Shown here: in pieces, positions 1-9,344 of the stretch | Numbering within the stretch: the stretch's first letter is position 1 | Layout of the letters: every line of letters starts with the position of its first letter | Source of the DNA: a bacterium | GTDB lineage: Bacteria > Bacteroidota > Ignavibacteria > UBA10030 | Reading direction: 5' to 3' | DNA length: 51,579 nucleotides | Assembly: GCA_043803945.1 (NCBI GenBank) | Contig: JAZDJN010000015.1 | Location: forward strand, 1-51,579 | The notes under the pieces: model-generated | Database searches by the model: none | Seen by the model: the letters and a program-made list of their open reading frames with translations, nothing else | Told to the model about the DNA's origin: nothing | Position numbers and translations under genes: made by a program

Positions 1-148
1 ATTGAGCGAACGCCATACACAAAAATTGTTCCCAGCATGTAAACTGACGTACGCGTCGATCACCGTGACATCTCTTCACGGCTGATCGAAATGTATGCCG
101 AGGAACAAAGTCCATGAGTTGCGAAAAGATGGTTCGATCAAGATTGAT
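1..148 (-). CDS. IS4-family transposase N-terminus (DUF4372), partial; start codon may be mutated
   Basis: Translates as INLDRTIFSQLMDFVPRHTFRSAVKRCHGDRRVRQFTCWEQFLCMAFAQ, matching the typical MNxGRTIFSQLMDF...FxCWxQFLCMAFAQL N-terminus. Not in the ORF track. Confidence 0.8.
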   Translation of the reverse strand, partial: MNLDRTIFSQLMDFVPRHTFRSAVKRCHGDRRVRQFTCWEQFLCMAFAQ

Positions 149-299
149 GCCATTGTCCAAAGAATATGAAGGAAAAATGACAAATATTTTCCGTCCAATG
201 TACAATGGAGTTGAAATCCCTAACAGCTTATTTTTCGCGTAACTCTTTTATTTCAAAGAACATATAGCATCGCTACTCTCCGTTAACCGGACAGTAGTG
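1..299 (-). mobile_element. IS4-family insertion sequence, left end (truncated by window edge)
   Basis: Minus strand starts CACTACTGTCCGGTTAA (283-299), a terminal-repeat sequence I recognise from DUF4372-type IS4 elements, followed by a transposase N-terminus. Confidence 0.75.
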
Positions 300-642
300 G
301 AATGGATCAATAAAACGGAGTCTTGTTTCCGCTTCATTCATCTTTTCGTGTTTCTCAGTCCGAAAAAAATGAACCAAAGATTCTATTTTTTGTTTCGATT
401 GTTTCCTATCCATTTGCAGCGAATTTATACAATTACTGCTGTAAATGAAAGCACTTTGCTATTTGTCCTCTCTTTCCCTATCTTTAAAAAGGAATTTGCA
501 GCGTCAGAGTGTATAAATAAAGAAGCGTTCTTTAACTTTTCCTATGATCTGCGCTTCGGACGGTTGTATTTTTCATCTGCATCCGACATGGCTGTCGGCA
601 GGGGTCTAATTCAAAGATCAGTCACGGCTACGGATTATCATC

Positions 643-1929
643 ATGAAGTATCGTTCTTTCCTTTGGCTTTTTCTTCTCCTCCTCCCCATTACACTAAATA
701 GCTCTGATAAAACCATAGTCCTAAAAATTCGTCTCGATGGAACAATCAATCCGGCGGCAGCAGAATTCATTCAGCATGCCATTGAAAAGGCCAAAGCGCG
801 AGACGCCCAATGCCTCATTATCGAACTGAACACCCCGGGTGGACTACTTAAATCCACCCGAGTGATTGTCAGTGAAATCCTCGCTTCAGATATTCCAATC
901 GTAGTCTACGTCTCCCCTGCCGGTTCCCAATCGGCTTCTGCAGGAGTCTTTATTACACTTGCTGCGCACATTGCAGCGATGGCGCCCGGTACAAACATTG
1001 GAGCCGCCCACCCCGTCTCACTCCAGGGTGGACAGGATTCGATAATGATCGAAAAGGCAACAAATGATGCAGCGGCATTTATTCGCACCATTGCTGAGAA
1101 ACGAAATCGTAATTTGCAATGGGCAGAAGAAGCGGTCCGCCAGAGCAAATCCATCACGGAAACTGAAGCCTTGAAGCGCAACGTGGTCGATCTCATCGCC
1201 AAAAATATCGACAGCCTTCTCACTCTTATCGATGGCAAGGAACTTGAAGTTGCCTCTGGGAAGCGGGTGATTCACACCAGGGGGGCGACAATCGAAACCG
1301 TTGAAATGGGAACTGCCGAAAGAATTCTCGATATCCTGAGCGATCCCAATATCGCTTACATCCTCTTCATGCTTGGCATCTATGGTTTGCTCTTTGAGCT
1401 TTATAATCCCGGTTCAATTCTGCCGGGGGTCGTCGGTTTCATCAGTTTGGTTGTTGCATTCTATGCCTTGCATACTTTACCGATTAATTACGCCGGTCTG
1501 GCATTAATCATTTTTGCCATCATTCTGTTTATTGCTGAAATTAAAGTCGTAAGCCACGGAGTACTGAGTGTGGGAGGAGTGATTTCACTTCTCCTGGGTT
1601 CAATGATGCTTATTCGAACGGAGTCCGCCTTGGAATTTGTCGAACTTTCCTGGAGTGTCATCATTTCAACGACAGCAATCACCGCTGTCTTTTTTCTCAT
1701 CGTTATAACTCTTGGCCTGCGGGTGCAATCCAGGAAACCCACAACGGGAATGGAAGGGCTAATAGGTGAAATCGGAATGACTCTTTCCTCTCTTTCTCCG
1801 GAGGGCATGGTACGAGTGCATGGAGAGATCTGGCAAGCAGAATCGACCGGTGAGCCCATTGGAAAGAATGAGCGCGTCCGTGTTCTTGAAATTCAAAACC
1901 TGAAACTCAGGGTTGAAAAAGTAAAGTAA
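643..1929 (+). CDS. nfeD: NfeD-family membrane-bound serine protease (long form)
   Basis: Signal peptide, ClpP-like domain (NTPGG, SASAG, GAAHPV, EKATND), TM bundle, C-terminal OB domain (VRVHGEIWQA); SPFH gene adjacent. Confidence 0.93.
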   Translation: MKYRSFLWLFLLLLPITLNSSDKTIVLKIRLDGTINPAAAEFIQHAIEKAKARDAQCLIIELNTPGGLLKSTRVIVSEILASDIPIVVYVSPAGSQSASAGVFITLAAHIAAMAPGTNIGAAHPVSLQGGQDSIMIEKATNDAAAFIRTIAEKRNRNLQWAEEAVRQSKSITETEALKRNVVDLIAKNIDSLLTLIDGKELEVASGKRVIHTRGATIETVEMGTAERILDILSDPNIAYILFMLGIYGLLFELYNPGSILPGVVGFISLVVAFYALHTLPINYAGLALIIFAIILFIAEIKVVSHGVLSVGGVISLLLGSMMLIRTESALEFVELSWSVIISTTAITAVFFLIVITLGLRVQSRKPTTGMEGLIGEIGMTLSSLSPEGMVRVHGEIWQAESTGEPIGKNERVRVLEIQNLKLRVEKVK

Positions 1930-1947
1930 TCATTCAAAGGAGTCTCT

Positions 1948-2715
1948 ATGGAACAACAAACTGGTGTCTTTATCTTTGTTCTGTTTTTCTTTGTCGCAAT
2001 CATCATCTCGAATGCGGTAAAAATTCTTCGCGAATATGAACGGGGTGTTGTTTTTCGGTTAGGACGCCTTGTTGGCTTGCGGGGTCCTGGTCTCATCTGG
2101 CTTTGGCCATTTATCGAGCGCATGGTAAAGGTCAGTCTAAGAACCGTCGTGATGGATGTCCCTCCGCAGGATATTATCACACAGGATAACGTCTCATTAA
2201 AAGTTAATGCGGTTGTGTATTTCCGCGTTATGCAGCCTCAGAAAGCCATCGTCGAAGTAGAGAACTACCTTTTCGCGACATCACAGCTCTCACAGACAAC
2301 GCTCAGGAGCGTTCTCGGTCAATCAGAACTCGATGACCTTCTCTCACAGCGGGATAAAATCAATCAAAAGCTGCAACAGATCATTGACAGTCACACAGAA
2401 CCCTGGGGTGTCAAAGTTTCCAATGTTGAAGTGAAACAGATTGATCTGCCTCAGGAGATGCAGCGTGCGATGGCGAAACAGGCCGAAGCAGAGCGGGAAC
2501 GGCGTTCCAAAGTTATTGCAGCGGAAGGTGAATTCCAGGCGTCGCAGAGACTTTCCGATGCGGCCAAAATTCTCAGCGAACAGCCAAGTGCACTGACCTT
2601 GCGCTATCTGCAAACGCTGCGTGAAATTGCCACGGAAAATAACTCGACAACAATTTTCCCTGTGCCGATAGACATCCTGAAGCCATTTATGACGATTACA
2701 CCGACAAAGAAATAA
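1948..2715 (+). CDS. SPFH/stomatin (slipin) family protein
   Basis: [31 protein letters not shown] and LRYLQTL motifs; AAGGAG RBS. Confidence 0.95.
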   Translation: MEQQTGVFIFVLFFFVAIIISNAVKILREYERGVVFRLGRLVGLRGPGLIWLWPFIERMVKVSLRTVVMDVPPQDIITQDNVSLKVNAVVYFRVMQPQKAIVEVENYLFATSQLSQTTLRSVLGQSELDDLLSQRDKINQKLQQIIDSHTEPWGVKVSNVEVKQIDLPQEMQRAMAKQAEAERERRSKVIAAEGEFQASQRLSDAAKILSEQPSALTLRYLQTLREIATENNSTTIFPVPIDILKPFMTITPTKK

Positions 2716-2736
2716 CGACCCAGCTCTGCTGACGTT

Positions 2737-5100
2737 ATGGAAGTCAGTCTGAATGAACATAGTGGTCTTCAGCATGTTGTTGCATTGCAGCAGATCAGTG
2801 ATCAGAAAATCCGGTACTATGTACGAGAGAACGGGAAGATACTTCTCCAGGAGACGGAGTTCTTCCCGTTTTTCTTTCTCTCTCATGCAAAGTACCTTGA
2901 CGGATTTCCGCGTCATTACTGGTTGAAGGAACTTCAGGGTACCAACCATTATCGTTTCCTCGCGGCGTTCTCACGCTGGAATGACCTCTGGGAAGCCATT
3001 CGTTATATCATTCAGGATTACAATAAAACCGCTTCCACTCGGATCAGCAGCTATACAGAGTCTGATCTTATCCTCCTCCGCCCAGACCCGATCAATCAAT
3101 ATCTTCTTCAATCCGGCAATACGCTGTTCAAAGGCATGGATTTTCAGGACCTCCACCGGATGCAGATAAGAATTCTAACACTGGCGAAATCGGCCAAAGA
3201 AAGCGATCCACGAAAAACTGATGATAGAATCGGAGCGATTGCACTGGGGGATAACAGAGATTGGTTCATGCTCCTGGATGGAAAAAAACTCTCTGAGCCA
3301 GAATTACTGATTCGCTTAAAGGAGTTAATCCTCGAACGTGATCCGGATATCATCGAGTCCACCGATTTGATGGGGTATGAACTGCCCTACATTCTTAAGC
3401 GCTGCGAACTGCACCAGATCGATTTCTCTGTAGGAAGAGATGGTTCGTCGCCGAAGACAACCTACCTGAAAAAAAGCGGTGTAGAACACGATAGCGAGAA
3501 TGTCTCATTTGAAATTTCCGGCCGCCATCTCATTACTCTTCTCGATATCATCGATACCGGTGAATCGCAAAAGAAAACGGCAGGACATCTTAGTCCAGCC
3601 CTCCTGGCCGAGTATGCAGGATATCAGGGCTCCACTCCTCCGGAACTGGAACGAGTATCGTCCATTCGAGAGCTTGATCTCAAGGCGGTAACACAGTATT
3701 TTCGATCTCAGATTGAACTGATTAGAATTCTCTCTGACTTAACACTTCCGACTCATGTTCACCTAGCGCAGATTTGCCCGCTTTCGTTTTCTGCGTTGAT
3801 CCATGGAGCAGGAATTGCCAAAATCGAATCACTTGTTATGAGGGAGTATATTCGGGCTAAATATTCCATTCCAAAACCATCACTTGGTTCGCAACCATCA
3901 CAGACACTGAATGAAGTGTATCGTACCGGAGTTATTGACAATATTCTCCATGTAAGTCTGGACTTCCTCTTTCCACAGCTTATGCTGCAGATGCAGTTAA
4001 GTCCAAAGAATGACCAAGCCGGCATCTTCTTGCCCTTAATTCAGGAATTGATAGCACGCTACAAATCAAGTCAGGATCAACGTGACCAGAAAAAAGAGCC
4101 GAACCCATCTCCCATCCATGGGCACCTGCTTCGAGCCTATCGCCGTGTGTTCACTCAACTCTACCCCTGCTTGACCAATGCACGTTCCCTCTTCAGAGAT
4201 CCCGATCTGGCAGATAGATTGCTCACTGAAGCAAAAACCATTACCGAGCTCGTAGTCAGGCAAATCGACCTATTCAATGGTCAACCCGTTGAACTCGACA
4301 ATGAGCATCTCTTTTTCTCACTTCCCAATAACGTTCATAGTGATGATCAGATGGAGAATCTTGTCGGAAGGATATCCGAAAGGCTCCCCTACAATCTTTC
4401 ACTTTCACCGCAAGATCGTTTTAAAAAGATGCTTGTTTTCAAACCTCGTGTCCATGCACTTTTGGATAATAACCAGAGAGTGCACATGAAGGGTTCATCC
4501 CTCACTACAAAAAACCAGGAGAGGTTTCTCCGTTCATTTATCGAACAAAGTATCAGCCTGATCTTGAAGGAAGACTTCGCCACTCTTCATTGGCTTTATG
4601 TATCCATCGCGAAAAGGATCTTAAGCCACCGCTGGACAGCGGCAGACTTTTGCAAGACTGAGACATTTCATATTTCTCTCGAGATGTATGATGCTGAGAT
4701 AAAGCGCGGTGAGAGGAAACAATCTGCTGCCTATGAGGCTTCCCGGCGGGCTGGGATCATCCCGGAACGGGGTGCCCGGGCTGCATTCTATGCTACCGGA
4801 TCGAGTGCGGGGATAAAGCTTGTCGATCATTCCAAATTGGCTGACGAATGGGACCCTAATTTCCCTGATGAAAATACTCTCTACTATCTTGACCGTTTGA
4901 GTGATGCCGCTAAAAAATTTGAAACCCTTTACTCGCCTGAAGATTTCTCCAGAATCTTTTCAACCGAAGAATTCATCGATTTTAAACCGAAAAAAGTGAG
5001 GCTTCTGACGAATATTCCACTCAATCCTATGCAAATTCTTGGACTCTCCCATGATCAAAGTCCTGAATTGGGGATCTGGCTGGACGATAGTACAACGTAA
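2737..5100 (+). CDS. Family B DNA polymerase homologue with degenerate exonuclease and polymerase motifs (probably inactive)
   Basis: PolB-like scaffold (FFPFFFL, DPINQYLLQSGNTLFKGM, ILERDPDIIE, ISGRHLI, KIESLVMREY, MKGSSL, DENTLYYLDRL) but catalytic carboxylates are substituted. Confidence 0.75.
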   Translation: MEVSLNEHSGLQHVVALQQISDQKIRYYVRENGKILLQETEFFPFFFLSHAKYLDGFPRHYWLKELQGTNHYRFLAAFSRWNDLWEAIRYIIQDYNKTASTRISSYTESDLILLRPDPINQYLLQSGNTLFKGMDFQDLHRMQIRILTLAKSAKESDPRKTDDRIGAIALGDNRDWFMLLDGKKLSEPELLIRLKELILERDPDIIESTDLMGYELPYILKRCELHQIDFSVGRDGSSPKTTYLKKSGVEHDSENVSFEISGRHLITLLDIIDTGESQKKTAGHLSPALLAEYAGYQGSTPPELERVSSIRELDLKAVTQYFRSQIELIRILSDLTLPTHVHLAQICPLSFSALIHGAGIAKIESLVMREYIRAKYSIPKPSLGSQPSQTLNEVYRTGVIDNILHVSLDFLFPQLMLQMQLSPKNDQAGIFLPLIQELIARYKSSQDQRDQKKEPNPSPIHGHLLRAYRRVFTQLYPCLTNARSLFRDPDLADRLLTEAKTITELVVRQIDLFNGQPVELDNEHLFFSLPNNVHSDDQMENLVGRISERLPYNLSLSPQDRFKKMLVFKPRVHALLDNNQRVHMKGSSLTTKNQERFLRSFIEQSISLILKEDFATLHWLYVSIAKRILSHRWTAADFCKTETFHISLEMYDAEIKRGERKQSAAYEASRRAGIIPERGARAAFYATGSSAGIKLVDHSKLADEWDPNFPDENTLYYLDRLSDAAKKFETLYSPEDFSRIFSTEEFIDFKPKKVRLLTNIPLNPMQILGLSHDQSPELGIWLDDSTT

Positions 5101-5142
5101 GGTATGATGATTCGGGAGAGGTCTTTGCCGGCCAATGAAGAC

Positions 5143-5171
5143 TTGCTTTTTTCTTCAACAAGTGCTATAAT
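5143..5171 (+). promoter_or_regulatory. sigma70-type promoter of the cold-shock gene
   Basis: TTGCTT (5143-5148), 17 bp spacer, extended -10 TG-c-TATAAT (5163-5171). Confidence 0.7.
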
Positions 5172-5399
5172 CCCCACGTAATTCACCAACACCTTTTTTG
5201 TTTCAACAGGAGTGCTAGTGGTGGGTCTCCGTGCAAAGATGTCTTCTTGCGCTGGAGTAAATATTAGGCAATGGCGTCATCGTTACGGAGTAGTACCAGC
5301 GGTACTGTGAAGGTGGAAGCAATTACCAATCTTGCTGACCTTTTTTGAGAGACAAAAATTAGGTGTACATGTTCAACGCAATAAGGATGAAGTAACCTT

Positions 5400-5603
5400 A
5401 TGGAACAAGGTACAGTAAAGTGGTTCAATAATGCCAAAGGATACGGCTTCATCAAGCGCAGTACAGGTGAGGACGTATTCGTGCATTATAAGTCGATCAA
5501 CGGAGATGGCTACAAGACCCTGAAAGAGGGCGACACTGTAGAATTCGACGTTGAGCAAGGTGCTAAAGGCTTGCAGGCGGTTAACGTCGTGAAGAAAGCC
5601 TAA
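5400..5603 (+). CDS. cspA: Cold-shock protein
   Basis: [15 protein letters not shown] (RNP1) and DVFVHY (RNP2); 67 aa. Confidence 0.97.
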   Translation: MEQGTVKWFNNAKGYGFIKRSTGEDVFVHYKSINGDGYKTLKEGDTVEFDVEQGAKGLQAVNVVKKA

Positions 5604-5616
5604 TTACAAACCTCTC

Positions 5617-5666
5617 AAAAAAGGAAAAGCCCGCCCGAGAATTTCTCGAACGGGCTTTTTCTTTTC
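5617..5666. terminator. Bidirectional intrinsic terminator
   Basis: AAAAGCCCG..CGAGA-ATT-TCTCG..CGGGCTTTT hairpin with A/T tracts on both sides, between convergent genes. Confidence 0.8.
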
Positions 5667-5681
5667 AGGAACACCTCCTCT

Positions 5682-6098
5682 TCATGCCGTCAATTCAGTC
5701 CGATTGTTTTCTACCCAGGACCGAACATAGTCGACAATGAGAAGCGTTGATGCACCCGGTGTAAATAAATCACCAACTCCCATCTTCTTCAATTCCTGCA
5801 CATCCTGCTTCGGAATAATCCCACCTCCGAACAACAGCACATCGTTCAATCCCTTCTCTTTCATTAATTGGAGGATACGAGGAAAGATTGTCATATGTGC
5901 ACCGCTCAACAAGCTGATCCCGATGGCATCCACATCCTCCTGGAGGGCTGCTTCTACAATCATCTCCGGAGTTTTCCGAAGCCCTGTGTAGATGACTTCC
6001 ATCCCGGCATCACGTAATGCGGCTGCAACGACTTTGGCGCCGCGGTCGTGTCCGTCCAATCCAGCCTTTGCAACAAGTACCCGTATTTTCTTTTCCAT
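5682..6098 (-). CDS. Acyl-CoA mutase small subunit, cobalamin-binding (IcmB/MCM C-terminal type)
   Basis: [12 protein letters not shown] (DxHxxG), SLLSGAH and GGIIP motifs. Confidence 0.93.
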   Translation of the reverse strand: MEKKIRVLVAKAGLDGHDRGAKVVAAALRDAGMEVIYTGLRKTPEMIVEAALQEDVDAIGISLLSGAHMTIFPRILQLMKEKGLNDVLLFGGGIIPKQDVQELKKMGVGDLFTPGASTLLIVDYVRSWVENNRTELTA

Positions 6099-6125
6099 TC
6101 TTCTCAATCTCTTCTTGTAGTGTCG

Positions 6126-6707
6126 TTATTGTTTTCTGATAAATTCCATGAGCGTTGTATGGAACTTCGCCAGTGGGAATCCTACGACTGCATAGAAACA
6201 CCCATAGACCTCTTCCACAAACACGGCACCATAGTCATCCTGAATACCATAAGCTCCTGCTTTATCCATCGGCGATCCCGAATCAACGTAGTGTGTAATT
6301 TCCTTGTTGTCGAGTAATCTGAATTTCACCCTGGTCTTTACCAATTGAACAGTTTTTCTGTGAGTTTCGGCGTCGAGAAGAGCGAATGCCGTAAAGACTG
6401 TATGGGTATTCCCGCTCAGGAGTTTGAGCATACGCACGGCTTCGCGTTTCGATTTTGGTTTTCCCAGAACTCTGTCTCCGAGAACCACGATGGTATCCGC
6501 TCCCACAACGATTCCTCGCTTGACTCTTCGGGCAACATCCGCAGCTTTTTCAAATGCGATTCTTTTTGTCATTGCGGCCGGAGGCTCGGAATCAAGACGA
6601 TCCTCCTTCACATTGCTTGGAATGACTCTGAAGTGATACCCCACCTGGCGAAAGAGTACACGCCGGCGTGGAGATTGAGAAGCTAATATTAGTCTGGGAA
6701 TTTCCAT
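6126..6707 (-). CDS. maf: Maf-family nucleoside triphosphate pyrophosphatase
   Basis: LILASQSPRR, GADTIV, LGKP, DKAGAYGIQ. Confidence 0.95.
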   Translation of the reverse strand: MEIPRLILASQSPRRRVLFRQVGYHFRVIPSNVKEDRLDSEPPAAMTKRIAFEKAADVARRVKRGIVVGADTIVVLGDRVLGKPKSKREAVRMLKLLSGNTHTVFTAFALLDAETHRKTVQLVKTRVKFRLLDNKEITHYVDSGSPMDKAGAYGIQDDYGAVFVEEVYGCFYAVVGFPLAKFHTTLMEFIRKQ

Positions 6708-6713
6708 TTGGAT

Positions 6714-6746
6714 AAAAACAAAAAAAGCGATATGAGAATATCGCTT
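6714..6746 (-). terminator. Intrinsic terminator
   Basis: AAGCGATAT-loop-ATATCGCTT stem followed by a U-tract on the minus strand. Confidence 0.6.
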
Positions 6747-6775
6747 CCGAACTATTGATGCAGAAAAAAAAGCAT

Positions 6776-7198
6776 TTATCGAAACATCGCCTTAATACTT
6801 CCCCATGTGCGCTTGACAGTCGAACTCACAACCGATGTCGTAACCACAGGAGAGTCGAAGGTGCTGCCATTTTGGAGAACGATGCGTACTTTGTACTTGA
6901 AGGCATTTGTGGTTTTAAAAACACCTTCATCGTAAAAAACATAATCCTTTCCGTTGCCCTTCAGATTTTGATGATCCAACGTTCCGACGATTCTAAAGAA
7001 ATCATCTCTCACTGATGCACGCCAGATTTCATAGCTTGCGACATCAGATTCATCGACGCTTCGCCAGCCAATCTCAACACGCCCATTTTGTTCTTTGTAC
7101 GACGCGCTTAATCTCTCAATCACACCAGAAGCATAGAGCATTCCGGCAAGACTGAAGAGAAGGCAAACGACTATTAATATCTTTTTCGCAGTTCTCAT
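6776..7198 (-). CDS. Secreted hypothetical protein (Ig/FN3-like beta domain) with C-terminal TWGSIKAMFR motif
   Basis: Signal peptide; VEIGWRS, YEIWR, YVFYD, YKVRI pattern; conserved-looking C-terminal tail. Confidence 0.7.
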   Translation of the reverse strand: MRTAKKILIVVCLLFSLAGMLYASGVIERLSASYKEQNGRVEIGWRSVDESDVASYEIWRASVRDDFFRIVGTLDHQNLKGNGKDYVFYDEGVFKTTNAFKYKVRIVLQNGSTFDSPVVTTSVVSSTVKRTWGSIKAMFR

Positions 7199-7289
7199 AA
7201 CTGGTCTAAATATATAGCATCAACATTGAAAACACAAGCACTTTTTTAACTTACTTCATGAAAAAGTAGAGATGGCTCAATACTCTCCC

Positions 7290-8150
7290 TTATTCTTTGT
7301 CTGCTGGTGTGAGTTCTGAAACGAGCAAACCGATTAAAATGAGCCCCCCTCCCATGATCCCTGTCATCCCAAGTACTTCCCCCAAAATAGCATAGGCAAA
7401 AAGAGCAGCTAAAACCGGTTCTATTGAAAAGATGACGACACTCCGGGTTGGACTCGTATAACGCTGAAACCGGGCCTGGATATAGATTGCGATCACTGTG
7501 GCAAAAATTGCAAGATAGATGAGAGACAGCCACACTGACGGCCCCGAGACAAAAACTGGTTTTTCAAAAAAAAGAACTCCAATACCGCCAAACAAGGCAC
7601 AACTCACGAACTGTATGAATGTCAACTTCGACGGACTCTCCACTTTGGTAAACATATCGATCAGCACGATATAGAGGCCAAAGAGCATTGCTCCGAATAT
7701 TGTCAGAGCATCGCCTCTATTAAACGATGAACCCGCTGGAGATGTGAGCAAATATAAACCAGCGATGACTATAATGATGCCGAAGATATTTCCAAGCTTC
7801 GGGGCACGACGTTCGAGGGCGAGTTGGAAGAGCGGTGTGAACACGACCATTAACCCGGTGATGAATGCAGATTTGGATGCTGTTGTATACATCAGGCCAA
7901 TGGTCTGCAGCATAAAACCAGTAAAGAGAAGTGCGCCAAGAATTATCCCATACCGTACCTCGCGTTGATGAAATGTCAAGAATTCTTTATGATATACTGC
8001 AAAGAAGATAATCGCGGCAAGGGCAAAACGTGAGCTGATATAAACGAAGGGCGAAAGGCTTTGGAGAAGAATTTTTGTTACGACAAATGTGCTTCCCCAG
8101 ATAATCGTTACGCTAAAGAGCCATAATTCGGCGCGTGCACGTTGACTCAT
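7290..8150 (-). CDS. DMT/EamA family transporter
   Basis: IWGSTF, RF, SAFITGL, EPV motifs; about 10 TM helices. Confidence 0.92.
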   Translation of the reverse strand: MSQRARAELWLFSVTIIWGSTFVVTKILLQSLSPFVYISSRFALAAIIFFAVYHKEFLTFHQREVRYGIILGALLFTGFMLQTIGLMYTTASKSAFITGLMVVFTPLFQLALERRAPKLGNIFGIIIVIAGLYLLTSPAGSSFNRGDALTIFGAMLFGLYIVLIDMFTKVESPSKLTFIQFVSCALFGGIGVLFFEKPVFVSGPSVWLSLIYLAIFATVIAIYIQARFQRYTSPTRSVVIFSIEPVLAALFAYAILGEVLGMTGIMGGGLILIGLLVSELTPADKE

Positions 8151-8195
8151 ATGGTACTGTGTATCGTCAAGAGAAGCTCAGGGTTAACGAAGCCA

Positions 8196-9341
8196 TCAGT
8201 ACTCCTTTGCTTCATAGGATTGAAAAAGTGTTCCCCATTGGGAATTATGCAGCCAGGTGTGGAAGACTCGTTTGTCTATCAACGGCCATCGATAATAATC
8301 GTGGTATGCCTCGGAACCCATGATAAACAGATTTACCAGAGGGGTTCTGAAAAATAAATTTTGAAATTTCTTCAGTGGACTGAACCAGAGCAGATCTCCT
8401 GCTAAACTCGCTGCATTATCGCCGACTGAAAATTTCCAGTTTACATTACGAATGTCTTCACCCAGAACTTCAATTTCGCGAACATCACCACAGCCCAATC
8501 CACGCTCATGCGCGAGGCGAATATATTCGATGCTTAATGGATCGAATCCCATCATCTTTGCTGCGACGGCATCAATGGCAACCTGATCGGCGCTGGCAAG
8601 TATCACATTTTTCTCGATAGGAACCATCGTTCTCGGCCCCGGGCCATTTCCGGCTGTGGTTCCATCCATCACTGCGAAGAGACCTGTGTGAATCTCTTTC
8701 TGAATTGCCAGAAGATCAACGAGTGTGGCATGAATCCATGAATGTGTATAGTGTCGGTAGGTGTTCAGCAGACCTCCAAAAGCATTTTTCATCGCACCGG
8801 TTGTGGTGGTATAGATATGGCATTTCACCGTAGGAAGATGGACAATATTTTTTCCGAAAAAGAAATCGGGGATGGTGATACCTTCAGGATAAATCTGATC
8901 AAGGACGAGCAGCGGAGTTTTTGGACGGAAGGAGACCCATTTCATATCCCCTTCCTTAAAATTAAACTTCACTGGTATGTTATACTTTTTAAAGATCGGC
9001 ACATAGTGGTTTAGGTCTTCTCCCTTAAACGCATCTGTCACAACAGTCTTGTTTTGAACACAGACGAGATCATTAAATCCATTTTTTTGAAGACCGAGTA
9101 TTGTTCCTTCAAGCTGCCACGGGGTTGTGTTGGCACCGGGAAATGGGAAATGCCACGAGATATTATCTTTGAGGATTGTGGTTGCATCCTGCGCCAGTGA
9201 ATTTCTCACACCGGCCATCTCCATTGCTCTCTGATGATCTTCTAATGTTGTTGCTGGAGTCGTTTTCAGGACAACAACTTTCGGGCTTACTCTTGGCAGC
9301 CCGCTGATTGTTGTCGGCTTCTTTGGTTCTGGAAGTTTCAT
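8196..9341 (-). CDS. DUF362 domain-containing protein
   Basis: LKDN, TTPW, LPTVKCH, TGAMKNAFG, GNGP, DQVAIDA motifs. Confidence 0.85.
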   Translation of the reverse strand: MKLPEPKKPTTISGLPRVSPKVVVLKTTPATTLEDHQRAMEMAGVRNSLAQDATTILKDNISWHFPFPGANTTPWQLEGTILGLQKNGFNDLVCVQNKTVVTDAFKGEDLNHYVPIFKKYNIPVKFNFKEGDMKWVSFRPKTPLLVLDQIYPEGITIPDFFFGKNIVHLPTVKCHIYTTTTGAMKNAFGGLLNTYRHYTHSWIHATLVDLLAIQKEIHTGLFAVMDGTTAGNGPGPRTMVPIEKNVILASADQVAIDAVAAKMMGFDPLSIEYIRLAHERGLGCGDVREIEVLGEDIRNVNWKFSVGDNAASLAGDLLWFSPLKKFQNLFFRTPLVNLFIMGSEAYHDYYRWPLIDKRVFHTWLHNSQWGTLFQSYEAKEY

Positions 9342-9344
9342 ACG

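Noticed and set aside
297-701. 134-aa ORF upstream of nfeD
   Set aside because: Starts in the IS terminus, is Phe-rich from AT-rich DNA, overlaps nfeD and has no recognisable motif.
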